A program made the translations under genes and the position numbers. This document shows, piece after piece, positions 11,329 to 24,408 of a stretch of 64,000 bases of DNA (within the stretch, counting starts at the first letter, position 1; every line of letters starts with the position of its first letter). Origin of the DNA: Antedon mediterranea (Eukaryota > Animalia > Echinodermata); NCBI RefSeq assembly GCF_964355755.1, contig NC_092677.1:8826101-8890100 (forward strand), given 5' to 3'. The notes under the pieces were generated by a model that was not told the DNA's origin, did not search any database, and worked only from the letters and a program-made list of their open reading frames with translations.

Positions 11329-14300
11329 CTACGAGATTGAATCTTTGTTGATTGCTAAAATCTGTTGCTTAATGTTTGTAAATTGTTCCATTAAATTCTC
11401 ATTGGAGTCGTTCTCTTCAAGAGGAGGCGGTTTTATTTTACAATTTTCACCAGAAACATCAACCAACTTTGCTAAGATGTCATTCAATTTTCCACTCAAA
11501 CGATCTAAAAAGAATGAGATGTTTCTTTTAAAATCGATTATTAAAAATAACTATCAATTCTAGATAACATATGCTCACTTAAGACTAATGCTATATCCTT
11601 CCATAAATTAAATAATCTAATTTTTCTAAAGCTTATTTTTCTGTTGCATCAAAATAAATGTCTTTTTAAAGAATGTATACCAATTTCTAACTATTTATAA
11701 AAATATAAATTAAATAACATTTGTACATAGAAAAACTATAAAAAGTATAAAATGTATCGTCAAAATATTAAAATTATATAGAATAAAATAACACATTTAT
11801 ACATACGTTACCTAAACATAGATATAGACAAGACAATTCTATTCAAATCTTTCAACTGCTCTGTAAAATATTCACTGTCTAAGGCTTAGTTTATTATGAA
11901 ATTGACATCTGCAATCGTAGCGTGATAGAAGCGTGCGACTTGCGTAATCTCCATTGACATGCAGCATGGGTTTGCAATAAATTCATACTTGTCATGTTGA
12001 CACAATTATGCCAGGTTATTTTCGCTTATAACACATGATCACAACATCAATCAATATTTCCGATATTTAAGTTTTACAAAATAAATAATTCTGTCATTGC
12101 TGTGGTTCAACAGAAAGTCTATGATATATTGGTTGCTAACCTTTGACTTATCTGGCCATGGATGGGTAGTTGGCACTTTATATAATTTGTACAGTATTAT
12201 TACCCTTATTAAAACATTCTAGATGATATGACTTTAATAATAGTATCGGTCAATGCTTACCACTCAGCCGTTGAGCAAGGTGGCTGCACCATCTTTCTCG
12301 TATGTCTTCTTCTGTCTGCGTATCTTCTTGTAGTGTAGACTGATTTAAGATAACCACACCTGGGACAATAAGATCACTGACCACCTGAAGGCCGTTGAGT
12401 GCTTCCATCTCATCACCTGACTCAAACATGTCACTACATTGTTCATTAACTTGCTGAAGTAGAATTGAAAAAAATAATTTAACTAAGAAAAGCCACATCA
12501 ACCAACATCGGACGTATCTGAATTTCCAACTTAAACTAAATTCTCTGTAATGTATATCCACATATGCTATCATATGTAAAATATATTAGGCTACTACTGT
12601 ATTACAGAATTTGCCTACACTATGTTATACTATGTTTTTTTCTTACCAACAAACACTGTCTCCTAAATTGCGCCAACACATTTGGGTCAAGACCCTTAAG
12701 TTCAAATTCACCTTCAAATAAATTATTCATTTTACAAGCATGTACAAAATATGGTAAGGCTTCTTGGTAACTGCAAAGTAAAATAAAAAAATATTTTAGT
12801 ATAATAATTACTCATAAATACAAAATATATAATACAGTTATACAAATAGGATCCGGAAGTAATTACAACCATTCTGCCTATGGAAATTCAGAGTATTTAC
12901 TTAATTCCATCCATATGTCAAAGTATTGCTGGTCTTTTTCTTGGGCATCTGTCTTCTTTTGGAACTATTTACCCATCTCTATCCATCGACCAACACTAAT
13001 TTCAAGGCTGCTTGAAAACTCATTAACTTATACTTTTCCAAACTTTTTACTTTTGCTGTCGACATTGATGATTTTGCATAATGAGCTATATAAGCCTGAA
13101 TTATTATTAAATTACTTTCATTGACATTATATTTTATCATTTATAAGTAGATTGCATCCAGTAGAAAGCATATTGCATCTTACTTTTCTTTGTAGTATTT
13201 CTGGCAACCTCCAATCAGATACAAGACAGATTTTCGGAATGTTTTATATTCCATATGCCACTTCTTGTAGATTCCATCTTCAGACTCTGTTAGCGTGCTG
13301 CTGTCTAAAGAGCGTTGAGCTAATTTTCTTACGGCTTTTGATCTGCATTTATGAAAAAGTTTCAAAATGGATGAATCAAAAAGTTAAGAATACAAAATAT
13401 CAGGATGGGATTTGGATGTAGAGAACTTCAGTCCTGTATCCAGTATATCACCTAAGTAAACCTAAGAAATATTTATGCATTACCATTAAAACACTGATAT
13501 TTTAAGTTTTGCATAATGCGCTATCTAAGCCTGACTCTATATAGTCTCTAATAATGTATCTTTATATTATTTATAAGCTTTTTTAGTCAAGTGATCAAGC
13601 AGTGTTTTCATGACATATTTTGTTTATTACCTTCAATTATTTTCTCATAAAATTAAGCTTAGCTATTCAACTTACCTATTATCATAGTTAAGTTGTTTAT
13701 CTGCAAACTGCTCTAACAGTGCTCTATCAGTTACAAAATCAGGTGCGGAATTTTTAATAAAATAAACAACCGCACTCTCTAATCTCACATCTCTGACATG
13801 ATCAATCGGTTCCGCTGCCAATTCCTTTAGCCTAATAAATTCATCTTCACAAGACTACAAATAAAGATCAATTTTCTATATTCAGGTAAATATGTAGGTG
13901 ATGAGCTGTTAGAAGCAAATTGGATTAAGCCTATGTGGTAGGGTGGTCAATTTTTCCCAACTTTCCTGGGCCTGTAGCCACCAGTATGGTTGGTAATGTT
14001 TCAACCTGACCACGTTTTCACAGAGACCTTTGACAACCCAATGGCTTAAACAGAGATTGTTCCCTTTTTTCCTGCGAAAAACGCACCACTTTATTTCTTG
14101 TGGCTACATCACTGTTTTCACACAAATAAGGAGAAATATTATGTTTTTAAGTATGGTAGCTTCAATATTAAGGGAGCATTTTGTTTGTTCATGATGGTGA
14201 CCCCCTAATAGGGGTTTTATTGTACCTGCTTAAGAGCAGCATGAGGGCCATCTTTGTTGAAAGTTTCTGTCATTTTAGTGATGACTTCTCTGCTTGCCGT

Positions 14301-17300
14301 TAACTGCATCTTTGAGTGTTCTGTAGTGAAAGTAGGGGCTGGAGAAGCTGGGGTTGGATGTGGTATAGTGGAGTCACCTGTAATAAAACAAAAATCAAAT
14401 ACAGGGTTTATGGGCTAACTTACTTTTTTATATTTTGGATTTGGCTAGATGCTTACTGTATTTGAATTTTTCCAATATCATAGGAACATTCCGTAATACA
14501 GCAGCTTGTGTTTTACAAGTATTGCATAGTAACATAGATCATGATAATCATGAAATGCTGTATTACCAAATGTTCATATGACACCTTGCAAATATTGTCA
14601 TATGTGGAGATACAACACTGAGAATCAGGTACTTGATGAATGATAAATACATTTTGACATTAGCAGGGTAAATAATACAAGCTGTCAATGTGATCCTTTA
14701 TGTATAAAGTTGTTGCTTTCTTAAGCTCTTCACAAAATTAATTTAATTAATACATTTAACTAATAACAAAATCTAATACCTCCTGCCATAACTTTATCTT
14801 TACTAACACTATCATTTTCATTTATTGCTGTTTTAACTTCTTGTCGGTTCTTTTGATCCCATGATGACATCTCGCGTTCAAATTCCTCATTGTCTTGGAT
14901 AACAAGGTCTCGTAAGTCTTCACTTAAGGAGTTCAAACCATTACTTGTTTCATCATTGGATTCTAAATATCAATTTCACTAAAGTATTATTATTCTATTC
15001 GGACATTTTTTTCCTAATTTGTGGAAAAAAAGCGAAGTCACTTCCTTGATAGAAAATTAATTCAGAACAGAGACCAATACTTCACTTCGCATACTTCAAA
15101 TCATTCAATACTAATAACAAATTGACACTACTATTCCTCTTGGGTGAATTCATGCAAGAAAAGGGGGAACTTATTGTCAAAGGGAAGAAGTGACGATTCC
15201 TGAAACGGTACTTTTTGCGTCTCTTTAGATCATTCTTATAGGAGCTCACAGGAGCGCCGGCCTAATTACGCCTGTATTCAATATTATGATTATTATACTA
15301 CACTAAAAATTATACATTATTAGTGTATATACAATATATGAACTGGTGGCACACAATACAATTAAGCTTATTTGGTAGCCCAAGTTGTTAGCGGCCGATT
15401 TGAATCTAACAGCTTTCTGTATGATACAATTGGTTATACGTTTACAAACCTTCAAACAATTCATGTTTACTATCATCCACATAGATCAAGCAATAGGCAC
15501 TTGTGTTGCTACCACCTCCAACCGACTCCTGCTGAAGTTCCTCCCATGTGACTTCTGTCACAGAGACATCGTTGAACTTAAGCCAGACATTGCGTGCATG
15601 GTTAAGCACGTAGGCCCAATAATGACCTGAGCTTGCTTGACCTTCATGAACCAACACAGCATGAAGATTGTACTTGTACTTTGAAAAGAAACAAAGTATA
15701 TTAAATAATGATTTAATTAAAATAACTTTGATATTTAAATGTTCTGTAAATATAGATGAAAAGTCAAATGGCCGAGCGGTTAAGGCAGGGGTGCCGTTTA
15801 CAACAATATCGGCATAGGTTCAAAGGCAAATCACTCCTAGATCTGGCGGTGGATCAAGTCTTCTCGGATAAGGACTATAAACCATAGGTCCAGTGTACAC
15901 AATTATAACCCGTGTAGACTTTAAAGAATCCAGTTCATTATTTGAGACAAGTAGGGGATTACTCTGGTAAACTGGTTTACAAAATAGCCCCTTTATCAGA
16001 GGGATTACCACCTATCTGATAGAACAGTGATTAATTTACTATTGGTAATTTTCAGCCATGTGTGGTGAAAGACATAAAATAAAAGATAACAAAAAAGTAT
16101 AATCAAAAGTATTTCAATTTGTCCACTGTAGTTAGTTTACATAAAAAACAACAAAATTACATCTACCTGTTTCATATCATCGGCATCATATATAGAAGCT
16201 ATATCATTTTTAAGAGTGTTGATACACTGTTGTAACTCTGAAAAGAATTATTTTTAAAGAGATAATATTTTATTTTTGTAAATCTTGTTTATTTTGTTAT
16301 AATTGCAAATAGTAAAATAACAATTCATACACGATTTACATAAAAACCAGCTCTTTCATAGAGCAATGGTTGGGGAATGAACACCAACCTTTGGAATTAG
16401 TAGGCAAGTTATCTTAACCGCCATACCACAACTTTATTCATATTCTATGCATCAACAAAATTTAGTTTAATTATGCATTACTCATTAACTAATTGGTTTT
16501 TATAAAACCAATTTTTTTTTTACATTATATACCGGTATTATCTGTGACCAGCTGGGCAAAATCAGGGTATTTGGTAGAAGAATAGGTATCTGGTAGAAGA
16601 TAGGGGAAGGTAGGCATGTATTCCAACTTTAGAGTTGCACCTTACCTTCTAGATCCATCATGACTTCTCTTCTCCACCGGTGCAGGCAAGTTTGTAGTGT
16701 ATTTAACTCATCCTCTGTAACATGTTTTGGCACTGGTGAGACACTAATAGACTGGCCTACTTCCATTGGAGGGGTGTCTAACTTTTGGGTTATTGCATTT
16801 TCTATGGATGGTTTTGTCGGTGTGCTTTAACGAAACAAAAATCAATAATTGTGTAAATAGTTTTATTGTATAGTATATACTGGTTATACCTTAATAAATA
16901 AATCTTTATACCATAATAATATTATCCTGGATTTATAAAGCACATTTGTGAAACTTCTGAGCATTGTAAATATTATTACTCTGGTCATTTTTAGATGAAA
17001 CATGTATGGAAATATACTTCCATAATGCAGCAAGTAATCAGCGCAAAGTTGTGTCTTGACCTTACCAGGTACCCATTTGTACACCTGGGTGAAGAGAGGC
17101 AAACTTAACCAAAGTATCTTGCCTAAGGATACAAACAATGCGACACACGTTGGATTTAAACTCACGATCTTACGCACACTGCGCCACACGGCCATACAAT
17201 TTTAATACTGAAGGCCACTGACCTTTCTCTTGATGTATCTGGCGAAAGCATTTCAACGTCTTGGGGATAGCCACCGGCAACGTCATCATCATTACCCAAG

Positions 17301-20300
17301 GAGCCTTCAAATCTACTACTAATGGACGGTTGAGTTGTAACTATCTCTTCTTTACAAATTCTATGTATATCAAGAGTATTATCAGCGTGTTCAATATCTA
17401 CAGGATAATAGTCGCAGTTTCTCTTTGTGCCATGATTCGTTCGACACGTTCGAGCCCCTTGCTTACGTGGTGAATTTCCCTCATCATTGTAATATGGTTG
17501 TGCCACTGGTTTGCTGTTGGCAAACTCTAGAGCGTATTGCAGAACATCATGAAGTGGAAATCTTTTGGCACCAGAACCATAGTTCATATATCTGGGAAAA
17601 GAAATGTTATATATATAGACAAATCTGTTTTAAGCTCTGTCTAAACTATCAAACTTTATGCGACAACAAAATGTGATGTGCCCATATATGGATACAATGA
17701 TGTCATATTATTACTACCATATTTGGGAGCATCACACTTTTTTTGTCTAAGTGATAGTGTAGACAGAGCTTCAGAAACCATACAAACAATATTCTACCGC
17801 AGTTTACTGCAGTAACTAAACTTTGTTTACTCTTTAACCTCTTTTTGCAATTATATACAAGGTATGTATTGACAAATTAGAGAATTAATATTTTAATGCA
17901 CCCTAAAACTTTAATTAAGAATAACTGTAATCGAATGTTTGTAAATTACCTTTCTAAATGTTTTTGAAGTTCTGCAACGTTTTCTTTCATTCTACGTACT
18001 TCTTCTCGCTTTTTTTTCGTCTTCTCTCGATTACACGCCATGTATCTTCAGAAACAAACAAGATACAGTTAAAAAGCTGATTTTATTAATTATATAAGCT
18101 AAACAATTTACAGTAGTTCTAAAAATGTTGCAGAAGGAGAATTTCAAATGCACAAATGCAATTGTTACTTCAACTAACTAGAACAGAAGCATAAGCCATC
18201 ACAAAGTTTTAATAATGCACAACTTACCCTTCATAAAAATTTTTCTATTTTTTTTCATATAAGAAAAATATTGAACTCGGCTTAAAGTTTAAATTTCTTA
18301 ACCAAAAAGACATTCCACCACCAAGAATATAAATTTTTTTTTTATATAAGTTACCTGTCCATGTAAAGGGTCCTTGGAAAATTACATCGATTATGAATCT
18401 TTTCAGCTTTTCCGAGCGCTTGGTTAAAATGAAATCGAGAAAGTTCAAATGTCACTACTTGGGGCAATCTTGTGAACCAATGCTGTAGATAAGTTTGAAA
18501 AAAGCAGTACATTTCATGAATCATAGATGTGCTTGAAAACCTGTTTATACAACAACTACTAAATCGAAACAAACTAAACTCATACGTTATTTCAGTGAAA
18601 AATGTAGTTACTAGAGTGACAGCATCAGAACAATGTTGATAATGTCCCTTAATTGTGTATTGCACAGATATATAAGGGATAGAATATCATGATTTCCGGA
18701 CATTTTTTATTGTCGATCGTTAAAGTTACGGGGATCAACAGAGTTGTAACGGCAAATGGAGATCGTGAAGAAATATATGTCCAATATAAATATCACAACA
18801 AAGGGGAAGTAACCGATACATTTTTAGCCTCATTACCTCTTGTCCTGATTTAGCTGACGTATCACTGTTTACATTTTCAATTTCTCCATGTGCAGTAGAT
18901 GCCTCAATGCTGTCATGCAATTCAACAAAATCTTTAACATGTAGTGGATATTGACCAAATGTTTCTTCATTTTTGAAAATCTTTCCTGAAAAAAAAAAGA
19001 AATTACATGCACATTATATATACGTATACAATAAAATATATTTGTTTTAATATATGTATTGATCTTCAAAACATGTTCAGTAAAATAATTTCTGGAACAA
19101 AAGTAAAAAATAAAATAACTGATGCAATGCATTCATTCATTTATTTATGGTAAAACACAGTAAAATATGTGCATGGTTTAAAATTATTTTTGTTTGTTCA
19201 AAGTTGAAAATTCACATAAAAAAATATAAAAATGAGTAAAAAGAGTTAAAGTTTGTAAAATACAAATAAAACAAATCATTTAAAATACAGATTAAATACA
19301 ATGTTGTATAATTACTCTAAAAACAAAAAACAAATTACTGTTTTAACTTTTAAAAATGAAATTCGGCAACACACTTACTGCAGTAATTATAAAACACAAG
19401 TGGCAGATCTGGGGAGCGCAAGATATCAAACAGTAGTTCATGATTTCATGTTCTAAGATGTCAAAATAGGGAGCACTCACTCGAAGTGTAAAACCACTGG
19501 ATCTGCCCCTGAACACTAAGTAAAATCTTACCTTCATTTACACCAAGTGACATGAACTGACCATAGAATAAATGAAGCATTGGGTTTGCCCACTGACTCT
19601 CTTCACTGAAATGTCAAATTAAGGAATACAACTTTAAGATAATGAATAATTAATTCTGTATTAATTTAGGATACCGTAGTTTAAGGGGGAGGCCGCTTAA
19701 TTATCCTTAACGGCTATGTGGCTTCTCCGAGAGATGTGTCTCTGAATTGTCATAAATAAAAAATAAAAAAAATCAGACTTCATGGTTGTCATGGTGATTC
19801 AGACTTTTTTTAGGACAAATATTTCAATTTTTAGTAGAAATTATAACACATACCCTTCTTTTGGTGTTGGTGGTCTAGAACAGTCCGATTTAAATGTTTC
19901 TTCTAACCATTCTAGTAGCTTGTGAGTAAATTCACTTACATCCTATGAAAAGAAGATATTTAGCTTTATCTGCAATCTATGTTACAGTATTATAACAAAA
20001 TACCAAAACAAATCATGACAGTCTCATCTGTTACTGCTGTAAAAAATGCAGTCACTGCAGTAGAATAACTTACCTGCTGACTGTCACCATCATTGTTGAA
20101 TGCTGCTTTAAGTATCTGCACTGACTTTGTAGGATCAACATACTTCCTGTTAGTCCCAATCATCAATGCAAACAGTGCTCGTAATTCTGCCATAAATGCC
20201 AGATTACGCTGCTCCTATAAAAAAAAGAGAAAATTGTCAATCCTATTAAAATTGACTTTCAAATTTTTGTGACATTATTTTGTTGTTTTTTTTTTTCACT

Positions 20301-23300
20301 AATGTATTTTCATTGTATGCAGTTGTTTATTTTTTTATTAATTGAAGACTTACTGCAGTATGTTCTGCGGACATTTTGATTGCATTGGCTGGCGGAACAA
20401 AACCAAGAACCAATCTTCTAAAGACCGGAAGATGAAATAACGACTGAGAAATAAACAAAAGCGGTAAAGTACCACAGTATGCAAATAATGAACACTGTAT
20501 TCTCTACTATTAAACAATTATAAACTTGTTTAATGTTTTTACAGTGATTAGAAGACAACCAACCTGAATAACGGCACTAAACCAACAAGTATTTCCAACA
20601 TTCTTGAGGCCGACTGGCCAACCATTCTCTCGCCGTCTGTCGTATGGATTTAGTGGGTCTAAGAACCAGCCACCATCACCACGCCGACGTTTACTTCCTG
20701 TACGGACTGATTCAGCAAGACTTTCTTCTAAAGCCCTGTAAATAAATAAAATTTTAATAAGATAAATAATGTGTTTTCAGTATGCAACACAATGGCAAAA
20801 TTCTACAGACATTGTAATCTTAAAATAAATAAAAGATTTTTTTGCCGCACACTGGGGCGCAAACATTTGTGTTTTGTTTGGTGTGAATTAAAAAGATAAA
20901 ACTCTGGAAGCGTTCCAAGGACACACCTAAGACACCATATGACAGGTGTTGTTTAAGGTCAGAAGATGACTGAACATCATGCATAGCAATATTCACTAGG
21001 CTATTTTTATTTAAAAAATCTGGATTGATTATCATATGAATGGAAACTTTCCTCAGTTTCTAGTTGGTGTGAATGGTTCTAGCATCTCATACACGCTTGT
21101 GTGTTCCTCTGGAGTTTATTTAATATTGTTTAATGTGAAACAGGTTTTTAGTCCTGTGACACCTACTAATAGGTGGATATATTACCTGCTGAGTTCTTGA
21201 TCCTCTGTAGACACGCCCTGAAGTGCCGCTGGCGGTCGAGTAGTATTAGCCTCTTGGAGACTCAGAGCAATTGCTCGTTCCAAATCATCCTGACCCTCTT
21301 TCTCATTCGTGAGGTCAATCACACCAGCTGTATAGGAAAGAATTTGTTTAATTTGATTATTTTATTCATTTTAAGTTTAAGTAAAACTGGTTCTACCGTA
21401 CAATGAATTATTTGTTTATAATACTTTGTCTTACTTGATTTATCATTCACATTTCTTGGTCCAATAAAAGCAGTATTGGTGGCAACATTTGCAGCGGGCG
21501 TTTCAAGTTTATCGGCTTGCGTCGTCAGAATTGCGATAGCCTGGTTCACATCACGTCCACTTGCTTCATAGGCTTGCTTGATCGTGCCATCATCTTTCAC
21601 ACCAGTCACTTCTTTGAGTTGGTTAATTGCTATCTCTTGATCCTGAGAAATGAGATATTAATTTTTTACATACAAATTTCTCATTATTTACTATAATACT
21701 TATCCTCACTAATGGTTAATGGTTATTGAATTCAGAAACAACACAAGACAGAGTTTTGAGTGCTGTAAAAACCAAGGGCAAAAGCAGATGCCATTGCCAG
21801 TACACAAAACTAAGTTATACTGTATGAGGATACAACCTTGTTGGTAATTAGGGTAGAAGTCCAATTATTTGTTTCTTTTAAAGATGTATTGTCCTCCAAA
21901 AACATGAAAAATGAAGTTTAATTAAATTAGACTTTGAAAAGGTTATTTTGTAGTTTTAATAAAGTGAATCACTTTCGTAAAAAAAAACGGAAAAAAATAA
22001 TGTTTTCACTTATAAAATAACATGATAAATGGTTAAATTCAACCAAAAATCCATTGGCTGCCAGCCAATTTGACCATTTTTTGCTTTAAATTCCAATTTT
22101 TTCAGGTAAATAAATTTTTTTTCGATCCAATTTTTGGTCGAAGTCAATAACTATTATGACATTAAAATGCCATATTCAACAACAAAAATTGTAAAAAAAT
22201 TTTTAACACTTTTTTTCTATGATAAAACAATATCATTCCAAATGATACACAAATTAAAACATCTGTAAGAATTCATGTCATCTATCCTCTGTTTGGTGTA
22301 CTGTTATACAGTACTGTAGCCCTCTTCATGCTGTTCTGTCTCTGGATAGGTCTACTTTACGCATGCAGTACAGTATTGTGGGGTGTCTCTGTCTCTCCAT
22401 ATTCAACATCTATGAATGCTGATGAAACTAACCTCTTGGCTTATCAATCTTACATATCTACTACGGCGTGTCACTGGCTTATTATAAGAATTAACAATAA
22501 AATCCTCCTCTATGCTCTCTGGTCTCAGAGAAGATTTGCTGTCAAGCAACACAGACATTACAATCAACGAAGATCTTAAACAAATTTCAAAAAGGCTATA
22601 TCCATCCAATAATTAATTTTCAATTAGGACAAAAAATACAGTTATACTCTTGAATACAGTGCATATACTACTGTACTGTCAACACAATTAATATCAACTG
22701 TTCACTGTTAGATAATCAACAGCCAATCAGTATATTGGATAGATAAAAGATAAATGATGATTGGTTGCTCTTTGTAAAATCCCCATAGGACTTATCACTG
22801 GCAAGGTATGTGGGGAATGTCCATCCTAATTTGGTGTTGCATCCACTGTTGACCTATGACTTATAACCTCACTAGTCATTAACTATGGCTAGACTTTTGA
22901 CCTGACCTGGTCTTGACATACATTACCATTTGGTAGGTTAGATTAACAAATAATAAATCAATAAAATTTACAGTATGACATCAACTGATTTGACATCAAT
23001 TGTTGATATGATAATTGATATTAATTAATCAATGATTATGTGTGAACATTACCCTTTTGGCTTGTCATCATTCAATAACATATTTTTGTTCTATATTTTG
23101 AATATAAAAATAATAAATCAATAAAATACATGACATTTACAGTATGACATCAACTGATTTGACATCAACTGATTTGACATCAACTGATTTGACATCAACT
23201 GTTGATATGATAATTGATATTAATTAATCAATTATTATGTGTGAACATTACCCTTTTGGCTTGTCATCATTCAATTAAACATAATTTTGTTCTATATTTT

Positions 23301-23888
23301 GAACATACATTTCTCCCAATTCTCATTATAATAATGTCTTTTCAATTATTAACATAATGTAATAACTAATATTTATACAGTATTATTATTATGGATGGGT
23401 TCATTCATTTATCATATGGCCTAATCTAAGCCCTACCAGGACTACTTTGTACTGGGAACTTACTGTATATAAATATTAAAAGCCTTTTTTTTACTTAAAT
23501 CTTCAGAAAAAAAAATAACCTTGATACATTTTCTTATCCTTCCATTGTTCAATATATTAATTGTAACACGCCTGTTAGTTACGTATTTTGTATTTTTAAA
23601 TTAATTAGGATTGAATGTACATCGAATCGTAGGCTAGGTCTACCTAGTCCTAGCTTATTACAGCGAACATTTAAGACAAGGCAAGAAGGAAAACACACCT
23701 GGTCCCACCGTTGAAAGGGGAAACGTTCGATTTGTACAAAATGTGAGCCTGGGAAAATACAACAAAATTAAATATAAATGCGTAATTTGGCAAACATTTT
23801 TATAACAAACATGAAAAGATAAAATTTTATATTAACTTACTTGTGCTAAATTCTTTTGTTGTTGGAAAATTGTGTGTTCCACCGTCAT
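11329..23888 (-). CDS. USP25: Ubiquitin carboxyl-terminal hydrolase 25/28-like (about 22 exons)
   Basis: Exon 1 23888-23841 reads [11 protein letters not shown] (human USP25 starts MTVEQ). The UBA exon is 21642-21435 (NQLKEVTG). SIM/UIM VIDLT...[12 protein letters not shown] is at 21327-21186. The Cys box [16 protein letters not shown] is at 20735-20564, with [16 protein letters not shown] and [16 protein letters not shown] downstream. The His box [19 protein letters not shown] is at ~15450-15680. The last exon is 11504-11329 (TAG). Probably co-orthologous to USP25 and USP28. Confidence 0.95.
15768..15970 (+). mobile_element. tRNA-derived SINE with Nin-like central domain
   Basis: A box TGGCCGAGCGG, B-box-like GGTTCAAAGGC, then GTCTTCTCGGATAAGGACTATAAACCATAGGTCC...CTTTAAAGAA. 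Homologous to the copies at 34683 and 5840. The Nin-domain assignment is from recall of that consensus. Confidence 0.7.
16910..17195 (-). mobile_element. CORE-type tRNA SINE with LINE-like (TTA)n tail
   Basis: Minus strand: GTGGCGCAGTG (A box), GAGTTTAAATCC (B-box-like), TCCTTAGGCAAGATACTT...GCCTCTCTTCACCCAGGTGTACAAATGGGTACC (CORE-like), and tail GCTTTATAAAT...ATTATTAT. Confidence 0.7.
17633..17770. mobile_element. PIF/Harbinger-like MITE
   Basis: Terminal inverted repeats AGCTCTGTCTA(C/A)ACTATCA...TGATAGTGTAGACAGAGCT with TTA on the left. The same family occurs at 36869, 37243 and 37710. Confidence 0.75.
21882..22185 (+). mobile_element. Kolobok-like MITE (one end intact)
   Basis: TTAA + AGATGTATTGTCCTCCAAAAACATGAAAAATGAAG. 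The reverse complement of this end terminates the 41231-41427 copy, which is also followed by TTAA. Confidence 0.65.
22951..23305. repeat. Two-copy tandem duplication (~160/195 bp) with an internal 16-bp repeat TGACATCAACTGATTT expanded in copy 2
   Basis: 22951-23110 and 23111-23305 are near-identical; copy 2 has extra 16-mer units. Confidence 0.85.
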
Positions 23889-24408
23889 TTTATTTCAACA
23901 AAAATACTGCCTTCCGATCCTTCTTTCGACTAGGCATGTGTCTTGTATACAAAATACATTAGGTAGGTTAATTAACAATCTGTCCCCCTCACTTTTTCAT
24001 AGATTTATGATTAAAAAATAACGAATACAACTACATATTTCCAATTTAATTAAAGATTGTAATAAATAATAGATTTTTTAAATTACAAAATACATTTTGA
24101 ATGTTTTTGTTAAAAATAAGATTTAACTAATTATCTTTACTTGCAAAAACAGTGGGAGTGAGTAAAACAGAATAGCGAATTATTTAAAATGAAGTTCCGA
24201 ATGTTATGATACAGAAAGTCTAATTGGATGATATCAGAAGTATAGTTTTTATTTTGGAATTTAGACCAATCGTTAATGAGTTTGGTAAACAACTTTCTGA
24301 TGAAAAATGGCTGCCTCCTGTTGATGTGGAACCAAACTGACGACGCAATTATTGACAAAATATAGGCTAACTTAGGCATAAATAATTATTCTGATTATAG
24401 ATTTAACC
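23889..24408. promoter_or_regulatory. Probable bidirectional promoter between USP25/28 and GPR89
   Basis: Divergent ATGs are 520 bp apart (23888 and 24409). A YY1-like AAAATGGCTGCC lies at ~24305 and an ETS-like CTTCCG at ~23910. Confidence 0.6.
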
